Shown here: positions 1 through 9,454 of the stretch, piece by piece | Layout of the letters: the number at the start of each line of letters is the position of its first letter | Position numbering within the stretch: position 1 is the first letter of the stretch | Assembly (NCBI GenBank): GCA_021372395.1 | Contig: JAJFUP010000117.1 | Location: forward strand, 1 to 46,939 | Direction: 5' to 3' | Source: Deltaproteobacteria bacterium | GTDB lineage: Bacteria; Desulfobacterota; Desulfomonilia; UBA1062 | Length of the DNA stretch: 46,939 bases | The notes under the pieces: model-generated | Told to the model about the DNA's origin: nothing | The model's input: only the letters and a program-made list of their open reading frames with translations | Databases searched by the model: none | Program-made: the position numbers and the translations under genes

Positions 1-1338
1 AAGCATGGTGCGCATCATCCTGGCCAGGCTCGGGCCATTCACCTCGAAGTCCCGTCGGAATGCGTTGCGCAGATAATCCTTTTCTTGGCCCTCGCGGATG
101 TGTTCGTGCGCAAAGTTGAAACGGTACTGGCCATGGGTATCGGCGGCCGGACACTGCTCCTCGCTCAGGAGAGAACCGGCTCTCTGGTGCTGCTCATACA
201 GGGGGGTTCCCGGTATGGGCGTGTACAGCATGATCTGGTGAAAAACCGTGTTGTGGCTGACGGCATGATCGATGATCCGATCGATGTTTTCCGGGGTGTG
301 ATTCTCCAGGCCGATAATGGTCGACCCCAGGACGCGAATGCCGTGGGACTGCAGTTCCTGAACCAAGGCGCCCGTTTCAACCCCCTTGAGCTTTGCATAG
401 GAGCTGTTCTCCCCTTCCAGGCCCATCCATACCCACGATATCCCCAGGCGGATCAACTGTTCCATGGTATAGGATTTCAGCACTTTAGCCGAGGAAAAGA
501 CGAACAGTGCCCAGGCCTTGCCGTTTTCCTTCATCAGTTCCAGAAGCCTGATGGCCCTGTCGCGGTGCAGGAGGAAATTTTCGTCCATCACGAAGAAAGA
601 ACGCACCCCCAGTTTCGCTTCCATGTCGCACATGACCGTGAACAGCTCGTCTCCTGTTTCATAGAAATTGATGAACCTGCCTTTCCCCCCGAAGAGGGCA
701 GACGTGGAACAGAAGTTGCACCCCATGGGGCAACCCACCGAGGGAATCAGGAGTGCTGCAGTGTTTCCGGGCTTTTCGACGGTGTTTATTCCGAGAATGC
801 GCGTGCCGAACCCCGAAGAGACAGCTGGATGCTTTATCGGGAGGTTTTCGTCCGATCCCAGGAATCTTCGAAACCAGCGTACCCCCTCTCCTTTGCAGAT
901 ATGGTCTGCATCGATGCTGCGATGAAGGTCGGGCATGTTTGCAATGTGCCCGCCCACGACGATCGATGCATTCGGCTGATAAGTGCGGATCAGTTCGCAC
1001 ATCTTCTTTACCTTGCCGATGTTGGGGATGATGGCGCTGATGCCGACAATGTCATAAGAATTTTGCTCGAGTTCCTCGATGAAGCGGTCCTGGCTCGGAA
1101 AGTCCAGGAGCGTGCACGGCGCATCGATATTTTCCTTGAGGAGCATGAGGCCGAACGAGCGGTGAAACATGCGCAGTGAGAAAGGGCCCTGCTCCCGGGT
1201 GACCTGGTTGTGGTACAGCTCCATGGGGTTGAGCTTGCGGCTTCCAAATTCATCGTCTCTGGCATAAGGGCCAAACACGCTCGTCAACAAAATTTTCGCA
1301 TCGGATCCAAGCGGGTGTTTCGGGCACGTTGCTTCCAT
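1..1338 (-). CDS. B12-binding radical SAM protein, C-terminus cut by window edge
   Basis: Absent from the ORF track because there is no stop codon inside the window. The minus-strand frame is open from ATG 1338-1336 down to position 1. My translation reads MEATCPKHPLGSDAKILLTSVFGPY...YDIVGISAIIPNIGKVKKMCELIRTYQPNASIVVGGHIA (cobalamin-binding-type N domain) ...LIPSVGCPMGCNFCSTS (CxxxCxxC 4Fe-4S motif). The listed + ORF 85..1179 is its antisense shadow. Confidence 0.85.
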   Translation of the reverse strand, partial: MEATCPKHPLGSDAKILLTSVFGPYARDDEFGSRKLNPMELYHNQVTREQGPFSLRMFHRSFGLMLLKENIDAPCTLLDFPSQDRFIEELEQNSYDIVGISAIIPNIGKVKKMCELIRTYQPNASIVVGGHIANMPDLHRSIDADHICKGEGVRWFRRFLGSDENLPIKHPAVSSGFGTRILGINTVEKPGNTAALLIPSVGCPMGCNFCSTSALFGGKGRFINFYETGDELFTVMCDMEAKLGVRSFFVMDENFLLHRDRAIRLLELMKENGKAWALFVFSSAKVLKSYTMEQLIRLGISWVWMGLEGENSSYAKLKGVETGALVQELQSHGIRVLGSTIIGLENHTPENIDRIIDHAVSHNTVFHQIMLYTPIPGTPLYEQHQRAGSLLSEEQCPAADTHGQYRFNFAHEHIREGQEKDYLRNAFRRDFEVNGPSLARMMRTML

Positions 1339-1406
1339 TCTGGTACTCCCTGGGGTTAAGGTTTTTGAGAGTATGGCGCGGTTCGGGACGGGATAACAAT
1401 TTAAAT

Positions 1407-1448
1407 AATTGAATTAACAATTGAATTACAATCAATTTGCAATTGATT
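1407..1448. promoter_or_regulatory. AT-rich divergent control region with candidate operator repeats
   Basis: Direct repeat AATTGAATTA at 1407-1416 and 1419-1428. Perfect inverted repeat AATCAATT-TGC-AATTGATT at 1430-1448. It lies between the divergent radical SAM gene (start 1338, -) and the flavin reductase gene (start 1595, +). This is the only strongly AT-rich stretch locally. Confidence 0.45.
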
Positions 1449-1594
1449 TACATTGTATCTCCGGCACAGGGGAGTGCTGCTGCATCCGCGGCGCATGGTA
1501 CGGGTCTGCTTGCAGTTGGCCTTGAGCTGTGTATTCTATTACCCGAGAGGCAAAACAGGGCGATATTCATCACCTGAACCCCGAGAGGGGAAGA

Positions 1595-2185
1595 ATGTCG
1601 AACTCGGAGGAGGACCCCATGAAGAAGAGAGACATCGGTGCGAACACTTTCGTGTACCCCATGCCCGTCACCCTCCTGGGAACTCTGGTGAGCGGGAAGG
1701 CAAACTTCATGGCCCTGGGATGGCTGTCCAGGGTGAACGCCAACCCGCCGATGATAGGCGTGGCTGTGGGGCGGCACCATCTCACCTGTGCCGGCATAGC
1801 CGAGACCGGAACCTTCAGCATCAACGTGCCCGGCGAAGAGATGATGGAGGTCACGGACTACTGCGGGATGGTGTCGGGTGAGAAAGAGGACAAGTCCGGC
1901 ATCTTCGAGATATTCTACGGCAGGCTGAAGACAGCGCCCATGATCGAAGAGTGTTCCCTGTGCATGGAGTGCAGGCTAGCCAAGACCATGGAATTCCCTG
2001 CCAACACCCTGTTCATAGGAGAGATCGTCGCCTCTTACAGTGAAGAAAAATACCTCTCCGACAACAGGCCGGATATCACGAAGATGCACCCGCTGCTGCT
2101 GACGATGCCCGACAACAGGTACTGGAAAGTGGGGGAGTGTGCGGGGAAGGCCTGGGGTGAAGGCCGGGGTTTCAGAAAAGGGTGA
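1595..2185 (+). CDS. flavin reductase-like FMN-binding (split-barrel) protein
   Basis: Track ORF 1529..2185 trimmed to ATG 1595, preceded by GAGGGG. NTFVYPMPVTLLGT..ANFMALGWLSRVN..PMIGVAVG pattern typical of flavin reductase-like domain proteins. Confidence 0.8.
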   Translation: MSNSEEDPMKKRDIGANTFVYPMPVTLLGTLVSGKANFMALGWLSRVNANPPMIGVAVGRHHLTCAGIAETGTFSINVPGEEMMEVTDYCGMVSGEKEDKSGIFEIFYGRLKTAPMIEECSLCMECRLAKTMEFPANTLFIGEIVASYSEEKYLSDNRPDITKMHPLLLTMPDNRYWKVGECAGKAWGEGRGFRKG

Positions 2186-2203
2186 CGAGGGGTTGTGCGA
2201 TCC

Positions 2204-2641
2204 ATGGGACATACGTTCCTGTTTACCCAGGCACGCTGGCTGGCCCGGGGGTTGTTCTTCGACGCGAAAGGCAAGGCGCTCCCGGCCGAGGGCGAGATAA
2301 GCATCAGCCACCAGGGGAACCTCTGGGTGAACGAAGGCATCATAAAGGTGCTCGGCGAGAGGCCTGCGGAGATTCGAAACCGCTACGAGATCGTCCCGAT
2401 CCCCGAAGGGACATCCACCACCACGTGGACATCGGTGAACCCGGCGATCGGCAGATTCATGGGGTCGTTTGCCGTGGTGGGGGACTCCATCCTGTCCTGC
2501 TTCCAGTCGGAAGACGCAGCGTACTCGGGTATGGAGTACCTCCGGCAGGAAGAGAGCCACCAGTATCAGAACCGGGGCGTGCTCCTGCTTCGGGGCGAAC
2601 GGGTTTCGTCCTGGGCGGTGACGCTCAGAAAGTCCGGATGA
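2204..2641 (+). CDS. hypothetical protein (about 145 aa, beta-rich)
   Basis: Track ORF 2195..2641. In-frame ATG 2204 lies 10 nt after GAGGGG. Coding-like composition, packed between two real genes on the same strand. I recognise no family. Confidence 0.6.
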   Translation: MGHTFLFTQARWLARGLFFDAKGKALPAEGEISISHQGNLWVNEGIIKVLGERPAEIRNRYEIVPIPEGTSTTTWTSVNPAIGRFMGSFAVVGDSILSCFQSEDAAYSGMEYLRQEESHQYQNRGVLLLRGERVSSWAVTLRKSG

Positions 2642-2686
2642 GTGTGCTATGATGCCCTCACGATCACGATCCGAAGGAGGGTCTGG

Positions 2687-3103
2687 ATGAAATCTTTTCG
2701 TAAGGAGCTCTGGTTCCATACCGACAAGCGCGTCGAGTTCATCAACATCACCCCCGAGGTCCAGCAGTGCGTGAACGAGAGCGGCGTCAGGGAAGGCATG
2801 GTTCTCGTCAATGCCATGCACATCACGGCGAGCGTGTTCATCAACGACGACGAGTCCGGGCTTCACCACGACTTCGAGGCGTGGCTGGAGCGGCTCGCTC
2901 CGCATACCCCCGTTACGCAGTACCACCACAACGTGGGCGAGGACAACGCGGACGGACACATGAAGAGGCAGCTCATGGGCAGGGAGGTCGTTGTTGCCGT
3001 CACCGGGGGCAAACTCGACTTCGGCCCCTGGGAGCAGATCTTCTACGGCGAGTTCGACGGTCGCAGGAAGAAGCGCGTGCTCGTGAAGATCATCGGGGAG
3101 TAG
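2687..3103 (+). CDS. YjbQ/UPF0047 family protein (secondary thiamine-phosphate synthase-type)
   Basis: Track ORF 2642..3103 trimmed to ATG 2687 after AAGGAGG. Motifs [29 protein letters not shown] and [28 protein letters not shown] are characteristic of UPF0047. The 138-aa length fits. Confidence 0.85.
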   Translation: MKSFRKELWFHTDKRVEFINITPEVQQCVNESGVREGMVLVNAMHITASVFINDDESGLHHDFEAWLERLAPHTPVTQYHHNVGEDNADGHMKRQLMGREVVVAVTGGKLDFGPWEQIFYGEFDGRRKKRVLVKIIGE

Positions 3104-3265
3104 TGCTCAGGGCCTGTGCCAACAGGCAGAAAGGGGCGTTCTCCGCCGGCGTTGCTTCGTGGCTTGCGCTCCTCGCAACGACAGCGTAAGATCATGTCAA
3201 TACACGCCCTTTGCAGGGAGCGTGGCTATTTCGTTCCCATGCATATTGCAGGAGGAGGGGGAACC

Positions 3266-4051
3266 ATGGACCTTGAAAACGTCATTCTCGAGCACGATGA
3301 CGGCATCGCCACGATCAGGATGAACCGGCCAAAAGAGATGAACACGCTGAACTTCGGGCTCACCAGGGACCTGCTCAAGGCCCTAGAGGTGTGCTGGGAC
3401 GATGCAGGGACGAAGGCGATCATCATCACGGGCTCGGGCAAGGCCTTCTGTGCGGGCGGCGACGTGGCCGCGTTCAGGAACGCCTCCGACGTCGGCGATG
3501 CCACCCGCCAGATGACCAAGGACTTCGACCCCCTCATCTCCGGCATCAGGAGGATGGGCAAGCCGGTCATTGCCATGATCAACGGCGTCTGCATGGGCGC
3601 TGGCCTGTCCATCGCCGCCGCCTGCGACCTGAGGATCTGCGGAGCCTCGGCCATGTTCCGCCAGGCCTACACCTCGGTCGGCCTCACGCCGGACGGTGCC
3701 TGGAGTCTGTGCGTGCCGCTCCTCATCGGGTTCGGCCGGGCGAGCGAGCTCATACTCCTCGACCCCCTGTTCGACGCGAAAAAAGCCTTGGACATGGGCC
3801 TGGTCAACGAGGTGGCGGACGATGCCGAGCTGGAGAGGGTCACAAAAGAAAGGACGCGGCGCATCGTGAAAGGACCTCTCGCAGCCGTTGCCATTGCCAA
3901 GGATAACCTCAACCGCGCCATGCTGGGCCTCCTGGAGAGCCAGCTCGAGCAGGAGCGCCTGGGCATCATGAAGTCCGGACGCACAAAAGACGCGCGCGAA
4001 GGTATCGCAGCCATCCTGGAGCGCCGCAAGCCGGAGTTCAGGGGGGAATAA
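3266..4051 (+). CDS. enoyl-CoA hydratase/isomerase (crotonase) family protein
   Basis: Track ORF 3116..4051 trimmed to ATG 3266 after GGAGGAGG. IATIRMNRPKEMNTLN, GSGKAFCAGGDV and VIAMINGVCMGAGLSIAAACD are crotonase-fold signatures. The 261-aa length fits. Confidence 0.9.
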   Translation: MDLENVILEHDDGIATIRMNRPKEMNTLNFGLTRDLLKALEVCWDDAGTKAIIITGSGKAFCAGGDVAAFRNASDVGDATRQMTKDFDPLISGIRRMGKPVIAMINGVCMGAGLSIAAACDLRICGASAMFRQAYTSVGLTPDGAWSLCVPLLIGFGRASELILLDPLFDAKKALDMGLVNEVADDAELERVTKERTRRIVKGPLAAVAIAKDNLNRAMLGLLESQLEQERLGIMKSGRTKDAREGIAAILERRKPEFRGE

Positions 4052-4067
4052 GCTCCCCTCTCCCTGG

Positions 4068-4664
4068 TCAGCGCAGGAGCGCCATGATGTCCGCGAAGGG
4101 GATCGCCCCTTCCCTGAGATACCCCGGCGGCCACACCGTGAGGTCGATGAGGGTGGAAGGCTTTCCTCCCGGCGTCTGTCCGCCGTCCAGGATGGCGTCG
4201 ATGTCGAGGCCCTGGGCAGCCACCTCCTGCGCCGTGCGGGCCGGGGGCTCGCCGCCCCTGTTGGCTGAGGTGGAGGTGATGGGGCCCGCGATATCGATGA
4301 GCGACGTGGCGAGGATCTGCGGCGAGACCCTTAGCGCGATCTTACCCTGGGAGACGATGAGCGGGTCCACGTCATCCTGCGCGGGAAGCACGACACTTAT
4401 GGGCCCGGGCCAGAACTTTTCCAGGATCGACTGCCAGGGGTCGCTGATCCGTGCGACAGTGCATGCCATCTTGAGGTCGGAAACGAGCACGATCATGCCC
4501 TTGGCCGCATCCCTGCCCTTGACACGCAATACCCTTTCCAGGGCCGTATGATCGGTGATCCTGGCACCGAGCCCGTAAAAGGTCTCGGTGGGGTACGCCA
4601 CCAGCGATCCCGGCTGCCCGGCAAGCAGCGAAGCAATGGAGGCGGGGTCGCGGGTAACGATCAT
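4068..4664 (-). CDS. tsaC: L-threonylcarbamoyladenylate synthase (YrdC/Sua5 family)
   Basis: YPTETFYGLGA, KGRDAAKGMIVLV, TSTSANRGGEP and STLIDLT motifs of YrdC-domain proteins. Confidence 0.9.
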   Translation of the reverse strand: MIVTRDPASIASLLAGQPGSLVAYPTETFYGLGARITDHTALERVLRVKGRDAAKGMIVLVSDLKMACTVARISDPWQSILEKFWPGPISVVLPAQDDVDPLIVSQGKIALRVSPQILATSLIDIAGPITSTSANRGGEPPARTAQEVAAQGLDIDAILDGGQTPGGKPSTLIDLTVWPPGYLREGAIPFADIMALLR

Positions 4665-4666
4665 GG

Positions 4667-5155
4667 TTAGAGGTTCTTTATGCCGTCATCTTCTTCCAGC
4701 ACGGCCTTCTTCATGTCGTTGCGATACTGCCTGAGCCTCGCCAGGAGGGTTTCATCCGCGAGCGCGAGCATCTCCACGGCGAGCAGGGCGGCGTTGCGCG
4801 CCCCGGCCTTGCCGATGCCCACGGTGGCCACCGGGACTCCCGGCGGCATCTGTACCATGGAAAGCAGGGCGTCGAGACCGCCGAGCGACGAGGAATCGAT
4901 GGGCACCCCGATGACGGGCAGCAGCGTGTGCGCTGCAATGACCCCTGCGAGGTGCGCCGACATGCCTGCGCCGGCGATGAGAACCGAGAAGCCCTCGTCT
5001 GACGCCTGGGTGCTGAACCGGATGACCTCCTCGGGTGTCCGGTGAGCGGAGAGGATCCGCATCTCGTAGGTGACCCCGAACTGCCGTAAGATCGCCGCGC
5101 ACTCTTCCATGATGGAGAGGTCGGACTTGCTTCCCATGAGCACCGCTACCTTCAT
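4667..5155 (-). CDS. purE: N5-carboxyaminoimidazole ribonucleotide mutase
   Basis: MKVAVLMGSKSDL...SAHRTPEEV...GAGMSAHLAGVIAAHTLLPVIGVP are canonical PurE motifs. 2-nt gap to tsaC. Confidence 0.96.
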   Translation of the reverse strand: MKVAVLMGSKSDLSIMEECAAILRQFGVTYEMRILSAHRTPEEVIRFSTQASDEGFSVLIAGAGMSAHLAGVIAAHTLLPVIGVPIDSSSLGGLDALLSMVQMPPGVPVATVGIGKAGARNAALLAVEMLALADETLLARLRQYRNDMKKAVLEEDDGIKNL

Positions 5156-6432
5156 GACAACCTCTTCAGGGCCTTATGGCCGATATCTCTGCGATAGTGC
5201 ATGCCTTCGAACGAGATCAGGGAAACCGCCCGGTATGCCTTGTCGATGGCGGCCTTCAGGTCGTTGTCCACGGCAGTGACGCCGAGCACCCTGCCGCCGG
5301 ACGTGACGATGGAACCGCTTTGCAGCCTGGTTCCGGCGTGAAACACCTTGACCCCGTCGATCCGCTCCGCCTGGCCGAGCCCGCTGATCACCCTGCCCTT
5401 GTCGTAGGGCCCCGGGTAGCCCCCTGAAGCCAGAACCACGCACACGCCGGGGCCGGCCGCCCATTCGAACTCCATCCCCTTGATGCTCCCCCCTTTTGCC
5501 ACCTCGAGGAGCACGGGCACGATATCACTCGTGCACCGCATGAGCAGAGGCTGTGTCTCCGGGTCGCCGAGGCGCACGTTGAACTCGAGGACCTTCGGGC
5601 CGCTCTCGGTGACCATGAGGCCTGCATAGATGACCCCCCGGTAGGTGATGCCCTTGGCCCTCAGGCCACTGACCAGGGGGTGGAGGATGCGCTCGATCAC
5701 CATGTCGTGGGTGGCGCTGTCCACCACGGGCGCAGGGGAATATGCACCCATGCCGCCGGTGTTGGGGCCTTCGTCGTTGTCAAGGGCAGGCTTGTGGTCC
5801 TGGGAGGAGGCCAGCGCAACGATGTGCTCGCCGTCGCAGACCGCGATGAACGAGGCCTCTTCGCCCGTGAGCCGTTCCTCGATGACGACCGTGGATCCCG
5901 CATCGCCGAAGGCCTTTTTCACCATGACCTCGTCCAGGGCGGCAAAGGCTTCCTCCCGGGAAGAGGTGACGATGACGCCCTTTCCTGCGGCGAGGCCGTC
6001 GGCTTTGACCACCACGGGAAAATCCGCCTCCTGGATGTACGACCGAGCAGAGCCTGCATCCGTGAAGAGACCGAACCTGGCCGTGGGGATGGAGCAGGCG
6101 TGCATCATCTTCTTGGCAAAGGCCTTCGACCCTTCCAGGAGGGCTGCCCTGCCCGAAGGCCCGAAGACGGCGAGTCCTTCTGCCTGGAAGGCATCGACGA
6201 TGCCGGAGACCAGCGGTGCCTCGGGCCCCACCACGGTGAGATCGATCACATTGTCCTTGGCAAACCTGGCCAGACCGGCGATATCGTCTGCTGCCAGGTT
6301 GATGCAGATGGCATCCTGGGCGATCCCGCCATTGCCGGGTGCACAGAAGACCTCCTGAACCAGAGGGCTCTGGCCGATCTTCCAGCACAAGGTGTGCTCC
6401 CTTCCCCCCGAGCCGATGACGAGTACCCTCAT
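5152..6432 (-). CDS. purD: phosphoribosylamine-glycine ligase
   Basis: MRVLVIGSGGREHTLCWKI N-terminus, ATP-grasp core, 426 aa. 4-nt overlap with purE. Confidence 0.97.
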   Translation of the reverse strand: MRVLVIGSGGREHTLCWKIGQSPLVQEVFCAPGNGGIAQDAICINLAADDIAGLARFAKDNVIDLTVVGPEAPLVSGIVDAFQAEGLAVFGPSGRAALLEGSKAFAKKMMHACSIPTARFGLFTDAGSARSYIQEADFPVVVKADGLAAGKGVIVTSSREEAFAALDEVMVKKAFGDAGSTVVIEERLTGEEASFIAVCDGEHIVALASSQDHKPALDNDEGPNTGGMGAYSPAPVVDSATHDMVIERILHPLVSGLRAKGITYRGVIYAGLMVTESGPKVLEFNVRLGDPETQPLLMRCTSDIVPVLLEVAKGGSIKGMEFEWAAGPGVCVVLASGGYPGPYDKGRVISGLGQAERIDGVKVFHAGTRLQSGSIVTSGGRVLGVTAVDNDLKAAIDKAYRAVSLISFEGMHYRRDIGHKALKRLS

Positions 6433-6442
6433 GCGTAGGCTC

Positions 6443-8014
6443 CTAGTGCCTGAAGTGGCGCATGCCGGTGAAGATCATCGCCATGTCGTGCTCGTTTGCC
6501 GCGTCGATGACCTCCTGGTCCCGGACCGAGCCCCCCGGCTGGACCACTGCGGTGGCGCCTGCCCCTGCTGCCTCCTCGATGCCGTCCCTGAACGGGAAGA
6601 ACGCATCCGAAGCCACCACGGAACCTTTCAGGGACAGCCCGGCGTTCAGGGCCTTCTCGACGGCCAGGCGCGACGAGTCCACCCTGCTCATCTGGCCGGC
6701 GCCGACGCCCAGGATCTGGCCCTTCGTCGCATAGACCACGGCATTCGACTTCACGTACTTCACGATCTTCCAGGCGAACTTGAGCGCCTCCATCTCTTCG
6801 GGGGTGGGGCGTCTCCTGGTTACTACCTTTGCGTCCGCGAGGTCCACTTCTCCAAGGTCGCGCTCCTGCAGGAGGATACCGCCGGTTACCCGTCTCGAAG
6901 ACATCAGCTGCTTCTTGGCTGCGGCACCCTGTGAGATGCCGGGGACCTTCAGAAGACGGACGTTCTTCTTCGCTTCCAGGATGGACAGGGCTTCCAACGA
7001 GTAGTCCGGGGCGATGACCACCTCGGTGAACACCTCTCCTATGGCCCGGGCGGTGTCCGCATCCACAATCCGGTTCAGACCCACGATGCCGCCGAAGGCG
7101 GAAACCGTATCCACGGCGAACGCCTTGTGGTATGCCTCGGCCAGCGAGCCCTTCGAAAGCGCCGCCCCGCAGGGGTTCGAGTGCTTGAGGATCACGCATG
7201 CCGGGTCTGTGAACTCCATGATGAGATCCAGCGCAGTGTCCGCATCCATGATGTTGTTGTACGAGAGCTCCTTGCCCCAGAGCTGCTCCGCATTCGATAT
7301 GGAGGGCTGGTCAAGGGCCCATTCGCTGTAGAACGCCGCCTTCTGGTGGGGGTTCTCGCCGTAGCGCATGATCTGGGAGCGCCGGTACTGGACGGTGTAG
7401 GTCAGCGGGAAACGCCCTTCTTCCACACCGATGCCCTGGAGGTGGTTCGATATGGCCGCATCATACCGGGCAGTGAGCGAGAACGCGTCCCGGGCGAGCC
7501 CGAAGTTGGTCTTTTCGCTCACGGATCCACCGGTCTGTTTCATCTCCTCGATTATCCCGGCATACTGTGCGGGGTCCGTTACCACGGAGACATACTTGTA
7601 ATTTTTCGACGCCGCCCTCACCATGGCCGGCCCGCCGATGTCGATGTTCTCGATTGCCTCATCGAGCGAAGCGCCCTTGGCGATGGTATCCTCGAAGCGG
7701 TAGAGGTTGACCACAAGCATGTCGATAGGCTTGATGCCGTGCTTTTTCATGGCCTCGAGGTGCTCGGTATTGTCTCTGATGGCAAGCATGCCGCCATGGA
7801 CCAGGGGGTGCAGGGTCTTGAGCCTCCCATCCATCATCTCGGGAAAGCCCGTGTATTCCGAGATATCGATGACGCCCACGCCGTTTTCCTTCAGCACCTT
7901 GGCCGTGCCTCCGGTGGAGATGATCTCCACTCCCAGCGCGGCAAGTTCCTTGACGAATTGAGTTACCCCTGTCTTGTCGGTGACACTCACAAGAGCCCTG
8001 TTGATCTTCGGCAT
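6443..8014 (-). CDS. purH: bifunctional AICAR transformylase / IMP cyclohydrolase
   Basis: [11 protein letters not shown]...GGTAK...[11 protein letters not shown]...C-terminal AICARFT domain ending RHFRH. 523 aa. RBS AAGGAAAGGAG. Confidence 0.97.
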   Translation of the reverse strand: MPKINRALVSVTDKTGVTQFVKELAALGVEIISTGGTAKVLKENGVGVIDISEYTGFPEMMDGRLKTLHPLVHGGMLAIRDNTEHLEAMKKHGIKPIDMLVVNLYRFEDTIAKGASLDEAIENIDIGGPAMVRAASKNYKYVSVVTDPAQYAGIIEEMKQTGGSVSEKTNFGLARDAFSLTARYDAAISNHLQGIGVEEGRFPLTYTVQYRRSQIMRYGENPHQKAAFYSEWALDQPSISNAEQLWGKELSYNNIMDADTALDLIMEFTDPACVILKHSNPCGAALSKGSLAEAYHKAFAVDTVSAFGGIVGLNRIVDADTARAIGEVFTEVVIAPDYSLEALSILEAKKNVRLLKVPGISQGAAAKKQLMSSRRVTGGILLQERDLGEVDLADAKVVTRRRPTPEEMEALKFAWKIVKYVKSNAVVYATKGQILGVGAGQMSRVDSSRLAVEKALNAGLSLKGSVVASDAFFPFRDGIEEAAGAGATAVVQPGGSVRDQEVIDAANEHDMAMIFTGMRHFRH

Positions 8015-8065
8015 GCGATCTCCTTTCCTTGCGATAGTAAAGCTCAGGGGGGGTGATAAGACGGG

Positions 8066-8653
8066 TTAGTTGTTATGTGCCCCTTTAAAACCTGCCCCAT
8101 GAATATAATACCATGTCAGCAGCGGAACGATCCGCTCGAACAGCCCGGAGTCCAGGTAGCCGATGTGCTCCACGTGGTCGCGCGCCTCGTCAACCGAGAT
8201 CTCTCCCGACATCATGCCGTTGCGGAGACGGGTTATCCGGTGGTGGAGGCTGGTGCGCGTTTTCGCGTCCTCCACGTAGACGGAGACGTAGCGGTTCATC
8301 TCGGCGAACAGACTTTCCATGTCCATGAGTCCGGGCGTGCAGTTATGCTCACTCTCCAGTTCGTCGATCAGCGAGATGAGAAAGGACCTGGCGTCTTCGA
8401 GCCCAAGCCGGTAGGTGTCCTCCACCTGGACCTCGTTGAAATCTTCGAAGAAACCGGTGCTGAATTCGATGGACTCGAACTCTTTCACATAGGTGTGGTC
8501 CTTGCCCAGAATCTTGCCGAGAATGCCCGAGGCCTTCTGCTTCCATTCCGAGGATGACTCATGCTCGATGTCTTCATCCAGCAGTACGTCCACATCATCG
8601 ACCAGATCCTTGATGAGAACGATGTAGGGATTAATGGCCCGGTTTATCTTCAT
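8066..8653 (-). CDS. hypothetical acidic protein (about 195 aa)
   Basis: Track ORF 8066..8689 begins at a TTG; the first ATG is at 8653 (MKINRAINPY...). Helical, Asp/Glu-rich, no recognisable domain. First gene of the purH-purD-purE-tsaC string. The start codon is uncertain. Confidence 0.55.
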   Translation of the reverse strand: MKINRAINPYIVLIKDLVDDVDVLLDEDIEHESSSEWKQKASGILGKILGKDHTYVKEFESIEFSTGFFEDFNEVQVEDTYRLGLEDARSFLISLIDELESEHNCTPGLMDMESLFAEMNRYVSVYVEDAKTRTSLHHRITRLRNGMMSGEISVDEARDHVEHIGYLDSGLFERIVPLLTWYYIHGAGFKGAHNN

Positions 8654-8728
8654 GCAAGTACCATACACAGCAAACCTTGAGATGGTCAAGTCTGTTCATG
8701 GGCTCCCCTTTGTGGTAGCATTCCCTGC

Positions 8729-9415
8729 ATGCTTTCGCCAGCCATTGCAGAACTCCTGACCGACGAAAAGAGATTGAAAGACCGGATACGCGAGGTGATC
8801 GCCACGCACAAGAGGCGGATCATCCCCCGGGAAGAGCTCAGAGAATCGGCCGTTCTGATCCCTCTGGCCTGGAACGGCGGGGAGCCCCTCATGATCGTCA
8901 CCAAGCGTTCCATGGACGTGGAGCACCACAAGGGCGAGATCTCCTTTCCCGGCGGCAGCGTGGAACCTGTAGACCAGGGGCTCGTGCAGACGGCGCTTCG
9001 GGAGGCCCAGGAAGAGATCGGCCTCGATCCCGGCGATGTGGAGGTGCTGGGCCTGCTGGATGATCACATCTCCATCCTCGGCTACCACATCACCCCGGTC
9101 GTGGGCACGATCCCTCACCCGTACGAGTTCCGGATCAACAGCGAGTCGGAAACGATCCTGCAGGTGCCCCTGCACAAGGCATTGAGCGACACGGCATGGA
9201 TGGCCGAGAGGACGTCTTTCCGGGGCAAGGGCATCAATGTGTACTTTCTGGAGATAGACGGGGGCGTGGTCTGGGGAGCCACCGCGAGGATCCTGAAGCA
9301 TTTCGTCGATCTCATCACCGGAACCCGCATACCCTTCACCGGCGTCTCCCGGGAGGCAAGAACCTGGGTGGAGGGCCTGCTGATAGAACAGAAGGCATAC
9401 AATCCCTTCCGGTGA
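8729..9415 (+). CDS. NUDIX hydrolase, CoA pyrophosphatase-like
   Basis: Nudix box GGSVEPVDQGLVQTALREAQEEIGL (GX5EX7REUXEEXGU). The upstream SAVLIPL and the overall length resemble NudL/CoA pyrophosphatase-type Nudix proteins. Confidence 0.85.
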   Translation: MLSPAIAELLTDEKRLKDRIREVIATHKRRIIPREELRESAVLIPLAWNGGEPLMIVTKRSMDVEHHKGEISFPGGSVEPVDQGLVQTALREAQEEIGLDPGDVEVLGLLDDHISILGYHITPVVGTIPHPYEFRINSESETILQVPLHKALSDTAWMAERTSFRGKGINVYFLEIDGGVVWGATARILKHFVDLITGTRIPFTGVSREARTWVEGLLIEQKAYNPFR

Positions 9416-9454
9416 CCATCCTGCCGGTAACTTTATTGTTCCGTTATTCCGGCC

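Noticed and set aside
85-1179. 364-aa plus-strand ORF, the only track ORF covering the left edge
   Set aside because: Its composition is Arg/Gly/His/Val-rich with no motifs. The opposite strand encodes a clean B12-binding radical SAM protein in an uninterrupted frame, so this is an antisense shadow ORF typical of GC-rich DNA.
1462-1478. Sigma-54-like CGGCAC-N-GTGC upstream of the flavin reductase gene, and a second weak candidate GGGATCCGGTTTGC at 12124-12137 before metK
   Set aside because: The first has 11 rather than 10 nt between GG and GC and a poor -12 element. The second has correct spacing but a poor -24 element (CGGGAT). Neither approaches the quality of the site at 32678-32693.
9424-9452. 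Imperfect hairpin CCGGTAAC...GTTATTCCGG between convergent nudix and purC genes as a terminator
   Set aside because: The stem has a mismatch or bulge and is short and AT-rich, with no clear U-tract on either strand. It is too weak to call as a feature.
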